The notes under the pieces were generated by a model. The model made no database searches. It was given only the letters and a program-made list of their open reading frames with translations, and was not told the DNA's origin. A stretch of 64,000 nt of DNA from a virus, in IMG/VR virus record IMGVR_UViG_3300022752_000019, positions 1 to 64,000 of that record; one strand, given 5' to 3'. The position numbers and the translations under genes are program-made. Shown here one piece after another: positions 16,077-25,200 of the stretch; position 1 is the first letter of the stretch, and each line of letters starts with the position of its first letter.

Positions 16077-17962
16077 GCTACGACGCCAGCAGCATTGAGA
16101 TCCTCGAGGGACTTGCTGCGGTTCGCAAACGCCCAGGGATGTACATCGGAGGTACGGACGCCGCTGGCTTTCATCACCTCCTCTGGGAGATCCTCGACAA
16201 CTCGGTTGACGAGGCCATCGCGGGCCATGCCAAGAACATCAGCGTCGAGATCGAGGACGACTTTGCCGAGGTCGTTGATGACGGCCGCGGCATTCCATTC
16301 GACATTCACCCGAAGACCAAAACCTCTGCGCTCGACGTCATCTTCACGACGTTGCACGCAGGAGGTAAGTTCGGGGACGGAGCCTACAAGAACTCGGGCG
16401 GCCTCCACGGCGTCGGCAGCAGCGTGGTCAACGCCCTGTCCGAAAGCCTTACGGTCTCATCTCGTAGAGATGGGAAGGAGGCTACTCGAGAGTTCTCTCG
16501 CGGCGACCCGGTTGGCAAGCTTCGCCTTGTCGCCTGCAAGGCCACACGCGGAACAACCGTAAGCTTCAGACCCGATCCGGACATCTTCGGAGAACAGGTC
16601 TTCGACCCAGACCTCGTTCGCGCGAGGATGAAGGTCCGCGCCTACCTGACGCCCGGCGTGTCCTTCACGCTGTTCTCCGGTACGGAGGAAGAGATCTTCG
16701 TGTTCTCGGGCGGGCTGGCCGATTACCTTGCCGAGATTCTCGAGAAGGATGGGTCGGAGCCGGTGACGGACTTCCCGTTCGTCATCAGCACCGCTGAGCC
16801 TCGGGTGCAGGTTGCGCTCACCTGGACAGGCGGGACCAGTACGGAGATTCGATCGTTCGCCAATGCCATCCCGACGAGAGACGGAGGGACGCACGAGAAG
16901 GGACTGGATGCTGTCGTCGTCTCTGTTCTCAAGGATCTCCTTGAGGACCACAAGGAGGTGCCCAAGAAGCTGAAGATCACTCCTGCGGACATTCGGGAGG
17001 GCCTCCTCGCCCTCATCTCGGTGTTCGTGGGGGAGCCGCAGTTTCAAGGGCAAACGAAGGATCGGCTCAACAACCCCGAGGTTGTCAAGACGGTCGAGTC
17101 TGCCATCCGCGGGCCCTTCCGTGATTGGCTGAACGCCAACCAGCGACAGACGACGGAGCTGGTGAAGCGCATCGTCAAGGCTGCACAGGCCAGGGCCGCT
17201 GCTCGCGCAGCAAGCGACGCAGTGACTCGGTCTGGTCCCGTCAACAGGTTGCGCTTGCCGGGCAAGCTGTCGGATTGCAGCTCGAGCGACCGCGAGACCA
17301 CTGAGCTGTTCCTCGTGGAAGGAGACTCCGCAGGAGGCTCTGCGAAGATGGCACGCGATCGCAAGACGCAGGCCATCCTCGCGCTGCGCGGCAAGATCAT
17401 GAACACCGAAAGCCTTCCGCTCTCAAAGGTTGTCCAGAACGAGGAGATCAAGAACATCATCGACGCACTTGGGTGCGGAGTTGGCGCTTCGTTCGACATC
17501 CGAAAACTGCGCTATGGGAAGATCATCCTGCTGATGGACGCCGACAGCGACGGTGATCACATCGCGGTTCTGGCGCTGACGTTCTTCTTCCGCTTCCTAC
17601 CTGACCTCATCCTCGACGGAAGGATCTACCTCGCGGTGCCTCCGCTCTATCGAGTGGACATCGGCAAGAAGACGCTGTGGGTCAGAGATGACCGGAGGCT
17701 GGCGAAGGTACAAGAGGAGCATCCGCGCAGTCACTTGCAGGTCACTCGGTTCAAGGGCCTTGGAGAGATGCCGCCGCAAATGCTGTGGCAGACCACCATG
17801 GACCCGAGAACGCGCGTCCTCGAGCGGGTGACTGTTGCAGAGGAGGACGTTGACGTCACCGAAGAGACGATCAACGGCCTGCTCGGCAAAGATGTAGAGG
17901 TTCGATACGAGATGCTGATGGAGTTACTCCAGCAGGAAGCCTCGATTGAACTCTCAATTTGA
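16073..17962 (+). CDS. type IIA topoisomerase B subunit (GyrB/ParE family)
   Basis: VRKRPGMYIG, EILDNSVDE, LHAGGKF, GLHGVGSSVVNALS, VEGDSAGGS, LRGK, DADSDG, RFKGLGEM. Confidence 0.95.
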   Translation: MSYDASSIEILEGLAAVRKRPGMYIGGTDAAGFHHLLWEILDNSVDEAIAGHAKNISVEIEDDFAEVVDDGRGIPFDIHPKTKTSALDVIFTTLHAGGKFGDGAYKNSGGLHGVGSSVVNALSESLTVSSRRDGKEATREFSRGDPVGKLRLVACKATRGTTVSFRPDPDIFGEQVFDPDLVRARMKVRAYLTPGVSFTLFSGTEEEIFVFSGGLADYLAEILEKDGSEPVTDFPFVISTAEPRVQVALTWTGGTSTEIRSFANAIPTRDGGTHEKGLDAVVVSVLKDLLEDHKEVPKKLKITPADIREGLLALISVFVGEPQFQGQTKDRLNNPEVVKTVESAIRGPFRDWLNANQRQTTELVKRIVKAAQARAAARAASDAVTRSGPVNRLRLPGKLSDCSSSDRETTELFLVEGDSAGGSAKMARDRKTQAILALRGKIMNTESLPLSKVVQNEEIKNIIDALGCGVGASFDIRKLRYGKIILLMDADSDGDHIAVLALTFFFRFLPDLILDGRIYLAVPPLYRVDIGKKTLWVRDDRRLAKVQEEHPRSHLQVTRFKGLGEMPPQMLWQTTMDPRTRVLERVTVAEEDVDVTEETINGLLGKDVEVRYEMLMELLQQEASIELSI

Positions 17963-17998
17963 CATCTGTTCCCACTATGGGACGGGGTCGATTATACT

Positions 17999-18018
17999 GA
18001 GGGTCTCGGCCCTCTTTT
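17999..18018 (+). terminator. probable intrinsic terminator
   Basis: GAGGGT-CTCG-GCCCTC plus TTTT. Confidence 0.55.
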
Positions 18019-18030
18019 AGCTGGTGTTCC

Positions 18031-19182
18031 ATGTATCGTGAAGAGTCCGTTTCGTCCTCGTTCAGCTCCGTAAATGGAAGAAGTCGCGGAGCGGTGGATC
18101 GAAAGGTGCGCGTGAACGGAGCAACTCTTCGAGAGAAAATTCGCACCAAAGACGGGAAGATCACAAAGGCCAAGGCACAGATGCGTAAGAATGCGGCAGC
18201 GCCGATGTACCACGTCGCCGGCGCGTTGGGTGGCGGGGCTCTCGGGGCTGGCGCCGGCTACCTGTCTTCGGAAGATGAGAAAACACGTAAGAAGCGGGCA
18301 CTCATCGGAGGGAGTGTTGGGGCGACTGGTGGCGCATTGTTGCCCTTCCTAATGCGCAGAGGAGTGAATGGGGCCGAACCTACACCTCCCAGTTCCGTAC
18401 ATAAAGGCGATATTCCTCCTGAAGCACCGAATATCACGGATGTAGGCGCATCGGCTGTGTCGAAGCAGCCGGCTGAATCGTTGCGTTCTTTCTTAAATAC
18501 AAGATTTTACGGCATTCAAGAGGACTATGGCACAATGGGTACCGACGATCCTTTCTTCACTAAGTACCCTAATATTCGTAGTTTGAATCCAGACTTTCCT
18601 GGGGTCCACGAAATGCCCTACGGGAATTTCCTTCTCAGAGATCCAGAGCTTAGAAAAAAGTTACACAAGATCGAGGAAAGCAGAGGACCGGTGCATGGCC
18701 CAAATCCAGCGGCCTTTGGAGTCGTTTACGACCCGACGAGGAACTCAACTGTCGTGCTCGACGTCCGTACGACGCCACGACAGGATAATTACGGACGACC
18801 GATACGTCAAACCGCTGCATACGAGTTTCCGGGAGGGGACTACACTGAGGAGTTTGCAGCACATCCTCCCAGTCGAGCAGCGATACAGAGAAAATTAGAA
18901 GAGCTGGATGAGTTTGAGCCTATCGCAGCGCAGCACAGAATACGGCAGAGTAAATCTGGGGTGATCCAGCCTCTGACAGCCGAGGAAAAGAACGAACTGG
19001 GAAGAAGGATGCAGACTACCACCGTAGAGGATCTCTACCCGGATGGGCTGCCAGAGTTCCTAAAGCACCTCGGGCAACCCAAGACTGCCTCCATTCTGAG
19101 TCCGGAGGCTCTTTACTTCTTCCGCGATGAGATGCAGAAAGGTCCGCCTATGCGTCACTCGGCGGAACGCGCAGACATCTGA
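18031..19182 (+). CDS. glycine-zipper putative head cargo protein
   Basis: KNAAA then GALGGGALGAGAGYLSSEDEKTRKKRALIGG; C-terminal KTAS and FFRDEMQK; start may be 18181. Confidence 0.7.
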   Translation: MYREESVSSSFSSVNGRSRGAVDRKVRVNGATLREKIRTKDGKITKAKAQMRKNAAAPMYHVAGALGGGALGAGAGYLSSEDEKTRKKRALIGGSVGATGGALLPFLMRRGVNGAEPTPPSSVHKGDIPPEAPNITDVGASAVSKQPAESLRSFLNTRFYGIQEDYGTMGTDDPFFTKYPNIRSLNPDFPGVHEMPYGNFLLRDPELRKKLHKIEESRGPVHGPNPAAFGVVYDPTRNSTVVLDVRTTPRQDNYGRPIRQTAAYEFPGGDYTEEFAAHPPSRAAIQRKLEELDEFEPIAAQHRIRQSKSGVIQPLTAEEKNELGRRMQTTTVEDLYPDGLPEFLKHLGQPKTASILSPEALYFFRDEMQKGPPMRHSAERADI

Positions 19183-19463
19183 ATCTCGGGAATCGAAGCC
19201 AGGATTAGCGCGGCGACAGTTGCCGCGGCGTCCTGAACTCGGCCGCGCTCGACGGCATCTGCCAGCTCGTCCATGATGTCGGCCGCAAGCAGCGCGATGT
19301 CTTGGGCGAGCTCGATCTCGTTCAGGTCAGCGCCTTGCTGCGCGCTGAGATGCTGAAGCAGCGCCGAGGGCGCTTCGTCAGGGCCAACCTGCGTCCGCAG
19401 GAGGGCAGAGACCAGTTTTACAGTCTTGACGGACTTACCGAAGGTACGACGAAGGCGAGCCAT
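19155..19463 (-). CDS. hypothetical helical protein
   Basis: AGGA RBS; preceded by sigma70-like promoter. Confidence 0.6.
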   Translation of the reverse strand: MARLRRTFGKSVKTVKLVSALLRTQVGPDEAPSALLQHLSAQQGADLNEIELAQDIALLAADIMDELADAVERGRVQDAAATVAALILASIPEIQMSARSAE

Positions 19464-19515
19464 TGTTGGTGCTTTCCTGTGGTTTGGAAAATCGGCCCCC
19501 GATGGGGACAGGTAT

Positions 19516-19544
19516 ATGTTAAAGTAGCAAGGAATCCTTGTCAA
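19516..19544 (-). promoter_or_regulatory. sigma70-type promoter
   Basis: TTGACA-N17-TAACAT on the minus strand. Confidence 0.6.
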
Positions 19545-19690
19545 CCTGACCCTGATCTGGCCGGCGCGAGGCCCGGTTTACTGGAAAACCGCTCTTCCAT
19601 CGGAAACACTATTTCCATCATTTCCGCTTGAGATCAGCAGGGTGCACGACGCTTCTTGTCGCGCTATGATTGGGCACTTCTGGAGACTTC

Positions 19691-20062
19691 ATGGCAACGA
19701 AGGTCAATGTTCGCTCGGCGATCCCTGGAGCCACGGCGGCCTCCCGACGGATCTTGAGCGGAGTCACCGCCGCAACCTCGGCGCCGACACTTCCTGGTGA
19801 TGGCGTCCTCCTTCAGCGCAACGAGTTCATCCATCTCTTCTTTGAGGTGGCTGGCACGAACCCTGTGTTCTCTGTTCAGATCTGGTGGTTCACCCCAATC
19901 AGTGGCAAGTGGCACAAGGGCGAGGCGCTCAACGTCAACGCGAACGATCTGGCCACCATCGAGGTGCAGGGACTCAGTCGGGTTGCGCTACAGGTGACGG
20001 CAGTCTCGGGAACAGGTACTCCAACTCTTGATGCCTGGCTTGGCCTTGTGGTGCCGGTATGA
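19691..20062 (+). CDS. putative virion beta-sandwich protein
   Basis: GGAG RBS; beta-rich; coupled to next gene. Confidence 0.6.
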   Translation: MATKVNVRSAIPGATAASRRILSGVTAATSAPTLPGDGVLLQRNEFIHLFFEVAGTNPVFSVQIWWFTPISGKWHKGEALNVNANDLATIEVQGLSRVALQVTAVSGTGTPTLDAWLGLVVPV

Positions 20063-21117
20063 GCCGCCGAATCTTCCGTCGTCGTGCGGGCATCGTGACT
20101 GGAGATCTGGTTCAGGATCCAGTGACTGACATTGCAACCCTGCGAACGCTTCCGGCCCGAGACGTCGACAACGGGCAGATCGTCCTGGTGCGTAGCGTCA
20201 ATCAGATCTACTCGTTCAAGTATGGGGACACGACCGCTGATGACGGAGACCTGTCCGTCGCGCCGACCTACGACTCCGCAGTTGGCCGCTGGCTCAAGGT
20301 CACCACTCCGATCCCCGAAGTCTCATTCGCACTTGGGGAACTGGAAGATGTTGACATCGATGGGGTGACTGACGGCGCAGTTCTGACCTACAACGATGGA
20401 ACGGAGACTTGGGGCTTCTCTACGCCCTGCGAATGCCCTGATCTCGAAGCCGCCGAGGAGGTGACATTCACGGGCGATGTCGAGGTCGAGGGAGACCTCA
20501 CCGTCGGCATGGGCCTCGGAAGCTCTGGAGGTGTCCTCGTTGGATCTGCCCACGAGTCAGACCTCGCGGTCGCCGACATGACCGGGACGTTCTCGGTCAA
20601 GCTTGGGACGCGCCGGCAAGTTCCCAACAGCATCGGCTCAAGAACTCACATCGTCATCAGCGGCGTTGTCGCCAAGATTGGCAGCCCAGTCGCGCAGCTG
20701 TCGCTCGGAGTGAACATCTCGGACTCAGCGGGTGTCACGGCCGGACTGTTCATCAGTGGCAATCTTGGAGATGCCGCCGGACTCGGAGTTGCAAACAACA
20801 GTGAGGTCGTGGCGCAGATCACGGTCCTCTTTGGCCCTGCGACAAGTGGAAGCCCGACGCAGCGAAACATTCATGTCAGTGGAACCTGCATTCAGGATCG
20901 AAGCGGAACAATCAACTCCTCATTCCTGCGTCGCTTCGTGACTGGCAGTCCTCCTGGCCCCGCTTCCTACGGCCAAGGGCTCACGATCGAGAACGTCGAC
21001 ATCTCGAATGATAGGATCCAGATGTCGCTGGAGACCAACAACAACGGGCAAACTGCCCCGAGTCACTACGAGTTCCGGACCAAGATGATCTCGATCGACT
21101 GCGCGAAGGGAAGCTAA
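20059..21117 (+). CDS. putative tail fibre / appendage protein
   Basis: DIATLR..ADDG..GRW head-binding-like N-terminus; LGELEDVDI..DGAVLTYN..W repeat typical of fibres. Confidence 0.55.
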   Translation: MSRRIFRRRAGIVTGDLVQDPVTDIATLRTLPARDVDNGQIVLVRSVNQIYSFKYGDTTADDGDLSVAPTYDSAVGRWLKVTTPIPEVSFALGELEDVDIDGVTDGAVLTYNDGTETWGFSTPCECPDLEAAEEVTFTGDVEVEGDLTVGMGLGSSGGVLVGSAHESDLAVADMTGTFSVKLGTRRQVPNSIGSRTHIVISGVVAKIGSPVAQLSLGVNISDSAGVTAGLFISGNLGDAAGLGVANNSEVVAQITVLFGPATSGSPTQRNIHVSGTCIQDRSGTINSSFLRRFVTGSPPGPASYGQGLTIENVDISNDRIQMSLETNNNGQTAPSHYEFRTKMISIDCAKGS

Positions 21118-21119
21118 AA

Positions 21120-21785
21120 ATGAACAAAACCGCGGCGTATCACTTGCTTCTTTCTCAGCATCCGCTGTGGCAGAAAACTGCGTTCGCGCCTTCTTCGCTT
21201 TTGCCCGCCGGAGGGGCCGCCATTGGGGGCGCCCTTGGTGGCATCGGTGGATATTTATCCACCGATGACAAAGAAAAGAGAAAGAAGCGTGCAGTTATTG
21301 GGGCGATCACCGGCGGAGCACTTGGAGGCGTGGGAGGAGAGGCAGTACGAAGATTTAGTATGCCCTCTGAGCCGCCGTTTAAACCTCCATTCGATCTTCC
21401 CCCTCCTGATCCCACTCGAAACAACATTCCGTTACGAACAAAGTTCTTACACGATGCCATTGATAAGCATCGTGAAGATTACCTGAGATATGAACTGGGA
21501 CTACTTGGAGTAAAGAACCGACTCACCCCTGATGAAGTTAGAGGACTTTTAGGTGGAATGGACGCCCTGGACTCAGCTCCGGTTTTAAACCTTTTGAGAG
21601 AAGGCGCTCCGAGGTGGAGGGCCGGTGAAGTTGAGAGACTATCCGGGGAATACAAAGGACTTAACATACCTGCCGGTGGATCTCTCATTGATGCACGACT
21701 GAGCAGAGCAGCCCGTGATGACGCCCGTGTTGAGGCCAAGAGGCGGGTAGACGAGTTCCTGGCTAACAGACCGAAGTCTCCATAA
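21120..21785 (+). CDS. glycine-zipper putative head cargo protein
   Basis: MNKTAAY..HPLWQKTA leader; GGALGGIGGYLSTDDKEKRKKRAVIG. Confidence 0.75.
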   Translation: MNKTAAYHLLLSQHPLWQKTAFAPSSLLPAGGAAIGGALGGIGGYLSTDDKEKRKKRAVIGAITGGALGGVGGEAVRRFSMPSEPPFKPPFDLPPPDPTRNNIPLRTKFLHDAIDKHREDYLRYELGLLGVKNRLTPDEVRGLLGGMDALDSAPVLNLLREGAPRWRAGEVERLSGEYKGLNIPAGGSLIDARLSRAARDDARVEAKRRVDEFLANRPKSP

Positions 21786-21790
21786 GGTGC

Positions 21791-21826
21791 TAAAAAAGAG
21801 CCCCGTCGTAAGACGGGGCTCTTAGT
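21791..21826. terminator. bidirectional terminator
   Basis: A-tract, AAGAGCCCCGTC-GTAA-GACGGGGCTCTT, between convergent genes. Confidence 0.85.
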
Positions 21827-21946
21827 TTACAGGTACCCGAGCAACGCGAGCCGGATGTACCCGTCCCCCTGGACCACCTCGAAGATCCCGATGCGGCTGC
21901 CAACCTTCTTGTAGGTGATCACGAGTTGTCCAAGGAGTTCGTCCAT
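21827..21946 (-). CDS. 39 aa hypothetical peptide
   Basis: TGATG overlap with ParB-like stop, GAGGAG RBS, ends at terminator. Confidence 0.5.
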   Translation of the reverse strand: MDELLGQLVITYKKVGSRIGIFEVVQGDGYIRLALLGYL

Positions 21947-22767
21947 CACTTCTCCTCTTCGAACGCGATCATCTCGGACATCTCCTCGTCCTCGAGGTAG
22001 CCGTCGACCCAGCGCAGCGCGAGGGAGACGCCGCGTCCGAGAAGGCTGCCATTGGCCTCGAGATCATCGGCGCGCTTCAGCATCTTCTTGCGCGCGGCTG
22101 CCGAGGGCTTCTTGCTCTTGTCGGGGTCTCCTGCATTGGCCGCGGACTCGACCGAGATCTTCTCGTTGAGCTTGCGGGCCTTTTCGATCCACTTGATCTG
22201 CTCGGCCTGAGAGAGGTTCTTTGCGAGCTGGTACGCGGCCGAGAAGGAGATCAGCCCCTCACGGACTGCGGCCTTGACGTCGTCCGCCGCACGCTCGTGG
22301 AACACGATGCGGAAGTTGACCCAGGAGGTCGAGCGGTGAAGACGCTCACCCACTTCGGTCTGCGTGACGCCCTCCGCAACGCGCCCGTGAACCCACGCGG
22401 ACAGGTCCACGTCATCGATGTTCTCGCGCTCGACGTTCTCGACCGCGTTCATGTACTTGGCTTCGTGGATGTTCCCTTCGAACATGATGCAGGGAACACC
22501 GGACTTCATGAAATCCGGATCTTGCGCACGGATCATCTTGATCGCGCGCAGCCGGCGCTCGCCGGCAATCAGCTCGTTGACGGGATCTCCGTTCTCGTCC
22601 TCGGACTCCATGATGACGAGCGGCTGCATCAAGCCGTCGCGACGAATGCTGTCCGCCAACTGTTCCATTCCCTCTTGAGGGAACACGGTGCGGATGTTCT
22701 TGATGTTCAGACCGACAACGATCTGGTCTACGGGAATGTTGACGGTCTGGTTATCGAACAGGCTCAT
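21946..22767 (-). CDS. ParB/Spo0J-like protein
   Basis: LADSIRRDGLMQPL, LIAGERRLRA, ENVERE, followed by HTH. Confidence 0.9.
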   Translation of the reverse strand: MSLFDNQTVNIPVDQIVVGLNIKNIRTVFPQEGMEQLADSIRRDGLMQPLVIMESEDENGDPVNELIAGERRLRAIKMIRAQDPDFMKSGVPCIMFEGNIHEAKYMNAVENVERENIDDVDLSAWVHGRVAEGVTQTEVGERLHRSTSWVNFRIVFHERAADDVKAAVREGLISFSAAYQLAKNLSQAEQIKWIEKARKLNEKISVESAANAGDPDKSKKPSAAARKKMLKRADDLEANGSLLGRGVSLALRWVDGYLEDEEMSEMIAFEEEK

Positions 22768-22801
22768 GCCCTGGGCCTCCTATGGCTGTGGGGCATTAGG
22801 A

Positions 22802-22826
22802 TTTTGACAGAAAATACTACTTTTTA
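22802..22826 (-). promoter_or_regulatory. putative phage promoter variant (TAAAAA-N12-GTCAAAA)
   Basis: One mismatch to recurring motif, upstream of ParB-like gene on same strand. Confidence 0.4.
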
Positions 22827-23113
22827 GTAAGTAGCTCTTTGTACACCAGAATCGAGAACTGGCATCGGCCGACGACGGTGTCAGTCATGACCGTCACAAT
22901 CTTGCCGAGCTTCGTCTCCTCTACGTCGTACCCGTCGTAGCCCTGAATGCGGGTAGCGACCTCATCATCGAAATGATCCCACATCTTTTCGGTATCGGAG
23001 CCGTAGACATCCACGAGCTCTCGAACCAACTGAACGACCCGTCGAAGGTCTACCGCGTGACCTGGCATCACGCTGATCTCCGCCGATGTCGGGAATTCTA
23101 TGAGCTTACCCAT
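22817..23113 (-). CDS. hypothetical protein
   Basis: GGAG RBS; overlaps upstream stop. Confidence 0.6.
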   Translation of the reverse strand: MGKLIEFPTSAEISVMPGHAVDLRRVVQLVRELVDVYGSDTEKMWDHFDDEVATRIQGYDGYDVEETKLGKIVTVMTDTVVGRCQFSILVYKELLTKK

Positions 23114-23354
23114 AGACGTGCTCCAGCATCTCGGCGACTTTGTCTTCGGGCCAGGACTCGAGGAGCGCGTTTGCAAGTGCTTCTGCTGGCAGGTCCCGCA
23201 GCAGAATGGGGTTGAGGAACGTAATGACTCCATCGTCTCGGCTGACAAGCAAGGCAACACGGTGACTCTGCAAGAGCGAGATCACCATATCCGCGATGCC
23301 CTGGAACAGCTGTTCCTGAGACAAGCCGGTAAGGTCAACTTCGTTGCCCTTCAT
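23106..23354 (-). CDS. hypothetical protein
   Basis: 82 aa, AGGTG RBS. Confidence 0.6.
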   Translation of the reverse strand: MKGNEVDLTGLSQEQLFQGIADMVISLLQSHRVALLVSRDDGVITFLNPILLRDLPAEALANALLESWPEDKVAEMLEHVYG

Positions 23355-23458
23355 TGTTCACCTGATAGGTGACGCCCCTCCCCGGACGCCGGGGGATGGA
23401 CCGAGGCTCGATGGGGTGAAAGCCCGACGCCCGGAGAGGGGAGCAGTTGGTAGTTACC

Positions 23459-23905
23459 CTACTTCGACAGGATCGGCAAGAAGTCGGGATTCGACAATGC
23501 CACAGATGCACAAGCCCACATTCGCGCGGAAGTCAGGGCATCGTAGGCGAGCTGGAGGTTGTGGCGAGGAGTGAACGCATCTCCGACACGAGACGCCACC
23601 AAAGCCTCATTTGCCCACATGCGGGCTTCGCGAACCTTCGTGAGCGCAGTCTCCTTGTCGACTGATTCCGGGCAAATGGCGAGGATGCGGTCGTACATCT
23701 CCTTGGTCGCCGCGTTGATCTTGGAGAAGTCTTCCTGAATCGGGAGGCGGCCTGCGCCAACCATCACCACGTTTGGGTCTACGAGAGGCTCCACCACATT
23801 CCGGAAAACGTGTCGAACTGCGGCCTCGTGCGCACGAAGAAGCTCGTAGCGCGGGGCTGTGTCCTCGTTCGGCGGCTGGTACACAAACGGGTCGCGCGGG
23901 GTCAT
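23459..23905 (-). CDS. Acb2/Tad1-like cyclic-nucleotide sponge
   Basis: FVYQPP..RYELLR..CPESVDKETALTKVREARMWANEALV matches the recalled FxYHxP..CPxSREKSLALTKLEEAxMWAN signature. Confidence 0.7.
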   Translation of the reverse strand: MTPRDPFVYQPPNEDTAPRYELLRAHEAAVRHVFRNVVEPLVDPNVVMVGAGRLPIQEDFSKINAATKEMYDRILAICPESVDKETALTKVREARMWANEALVASRVGDAFTPRHNLQLAYDALTSARMWACASVALSNPDFLPILSK

Positions 23906-23964
23906 GTGTTGTACTCCTGGCATGACTATATGCAGGGGTTCCAACGAGAGCAAGAGCATGGCGA

Positions 23965-23988
23965 TAAAAAACTCAGAAGATGTCATAA
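23965..23988 (+). promoter_or_regulatory. putative phage promoter (TAAAAA-N11-GTCATAA)
   Basis: Recurring motif in divergent gap before ATG 24018. Confidence 0.5.
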
Positions 23989-24017
23989 GTCTTGTGGCGA
24001 GAGCCATAGGAGCTGTA

Positions 24018-24875
24018 ATGAAGATCGTAAAGATGCCTCCAGGCCAACTGATCCCGAGCACTGACCCGAACTACGTGGATACTGGCCTCCTTGGTCTGGT
24101 CGAAGAACTGGCATGGGGAGAGGCTCTCATTCTCAAGGGCCCGAAGGGCTCTGGCAAGACGTTGGCGATTGAACAGTGGTGTGCGGCTGCTGAGATTGCG
24201 ATGGTCCGCGAGAACTGCAACAGCGGGACTGACGAGACCCAGCTTCTCGGGTCCTTCGGCATGGAGGGCAACGACGTCCACTTCACGCTGGGGGCACTCC
24301 CTCTGGCCATCGAAACGGCCAACAGCGAGGGTGGCTGCGTCCTCGTCCTGGAAGAAATCAACACGCTGCGCCCGCAGGTGCAGTCGATGGTCTTCTCCGT
24401 TGCGGACTACCGGAAATCGGTGGAGTGCCCGCACCTCGGAAGGAAGTTCACGCTCAGCCCCGATGCACAGCTTTGGGTACTGGGCACCATGAACCCCGGC
24501 TACGCCGGCACCTACCAGTTGAACGAGGCGCTCCGCAGCCGCTTCGACTTCATCGAGGTTGGCTACATGAGTCAGGCCAAGGAGAAGGAACTGCTCGAGC
24601 TGACGTTCCCCAACAAGCCGGATGTGGAGGAGCGTCGAATCGCGGCGCGTCTTCTCACCTTCGCGGAAGAGAGCCGGGCGTACCAGTGGGAGTACGCGCT
24701 CTCAACACGCGACCTGGTCCACACCATTCGTAAGATTCACCGCATCGGTCTTCCTCGGGCGCTCAAGCTCCTGGTCAACAAGTTTGATCCCGAGCACAAG
24801 CAGGCCATCGAAGCCCGCGTACAGTCCATGTTCAACATCAATCTTCAGGAGGTCGCCCTCTATGGAAAAGTTTGA
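24018..24875 (+). CDS. MoxR/CbbQ/CobS-type AAA+ ATPase
   Basis: GPKGSGKT, LVLEEIN, TMNPGYAGT..LNEALRSRF. Confidence 0.9.
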   Translation: MKIVKMPPGQLIPSTDPNYVDTGLLGLVEELAWGEALILKGPKGSGKTLAIEQWCAAAEIAMVRENCNSGTDETQLLGSFGMEGNDVHFTLGALPLAIETANSEGGCVLVLEEINTLRPQVQSMVFSVADYRKSVECPHLGRKFTLSPDAQLWVLGTMNPGYAGTYQLNEALRSRFDFIEVGYMSQAKEKELLELTFPNKPDVEERRIAARLLTFAEESRAYQWEYALSTRDLVHTIRKIHRIGLPRALKLLVNKFDPEHKQAIEARVQSMFNINLQEVALYGKV

Positions 24876-25200
24876 GAGCTACGACAGCATGCTGAAGTGG
24901 ATGACGACTCGCGGCCGCAAGTCGAAGTACTCCAGCCTGGTCCAGTACATCGAGATTGAGGTCGAGCGCGAGGCCGCAGTGCTTCTGCGTCGCGCGGTGC
25001 TGAACAGCACTCGGACTCAGGAGGAGCTCGAGAACGAGTGCCTCCAGGATGCCAAGGAGCACTACCTGGAGGAAGTCAACGAGTACCTCGACAGCGATGT
25101 GCCGCCGCCTCCGATGGACCATCGGGTGCTCATGGCCTACCGGCGCAAGCCCGTGGCTTGGGCGATCGCCTGTGAGATCTTCCGACTGGAGAGCGAATGA
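24862..25200 (+). CDS. hypothetical protein
   Basis: AGGAGG RBS, in operon. Confidence 0.7.
   Translation: MEKFESYDSMLKWMTTRGRKSKYSSLVQYIEIEVEREAAVLLRRAVLNSTRTQEELENECLQDAKEHYLEEVNEYLDSDVPPPPMDHRVLMAYRRKPVAWAIACEIFRLESE

Noticed and set aside
17959-17998. Sigma70 promoter TTGACA...TATACT
   Set aside because: The spacing is about 28 nt, far from 17, and a terminator-like hairpin follows.
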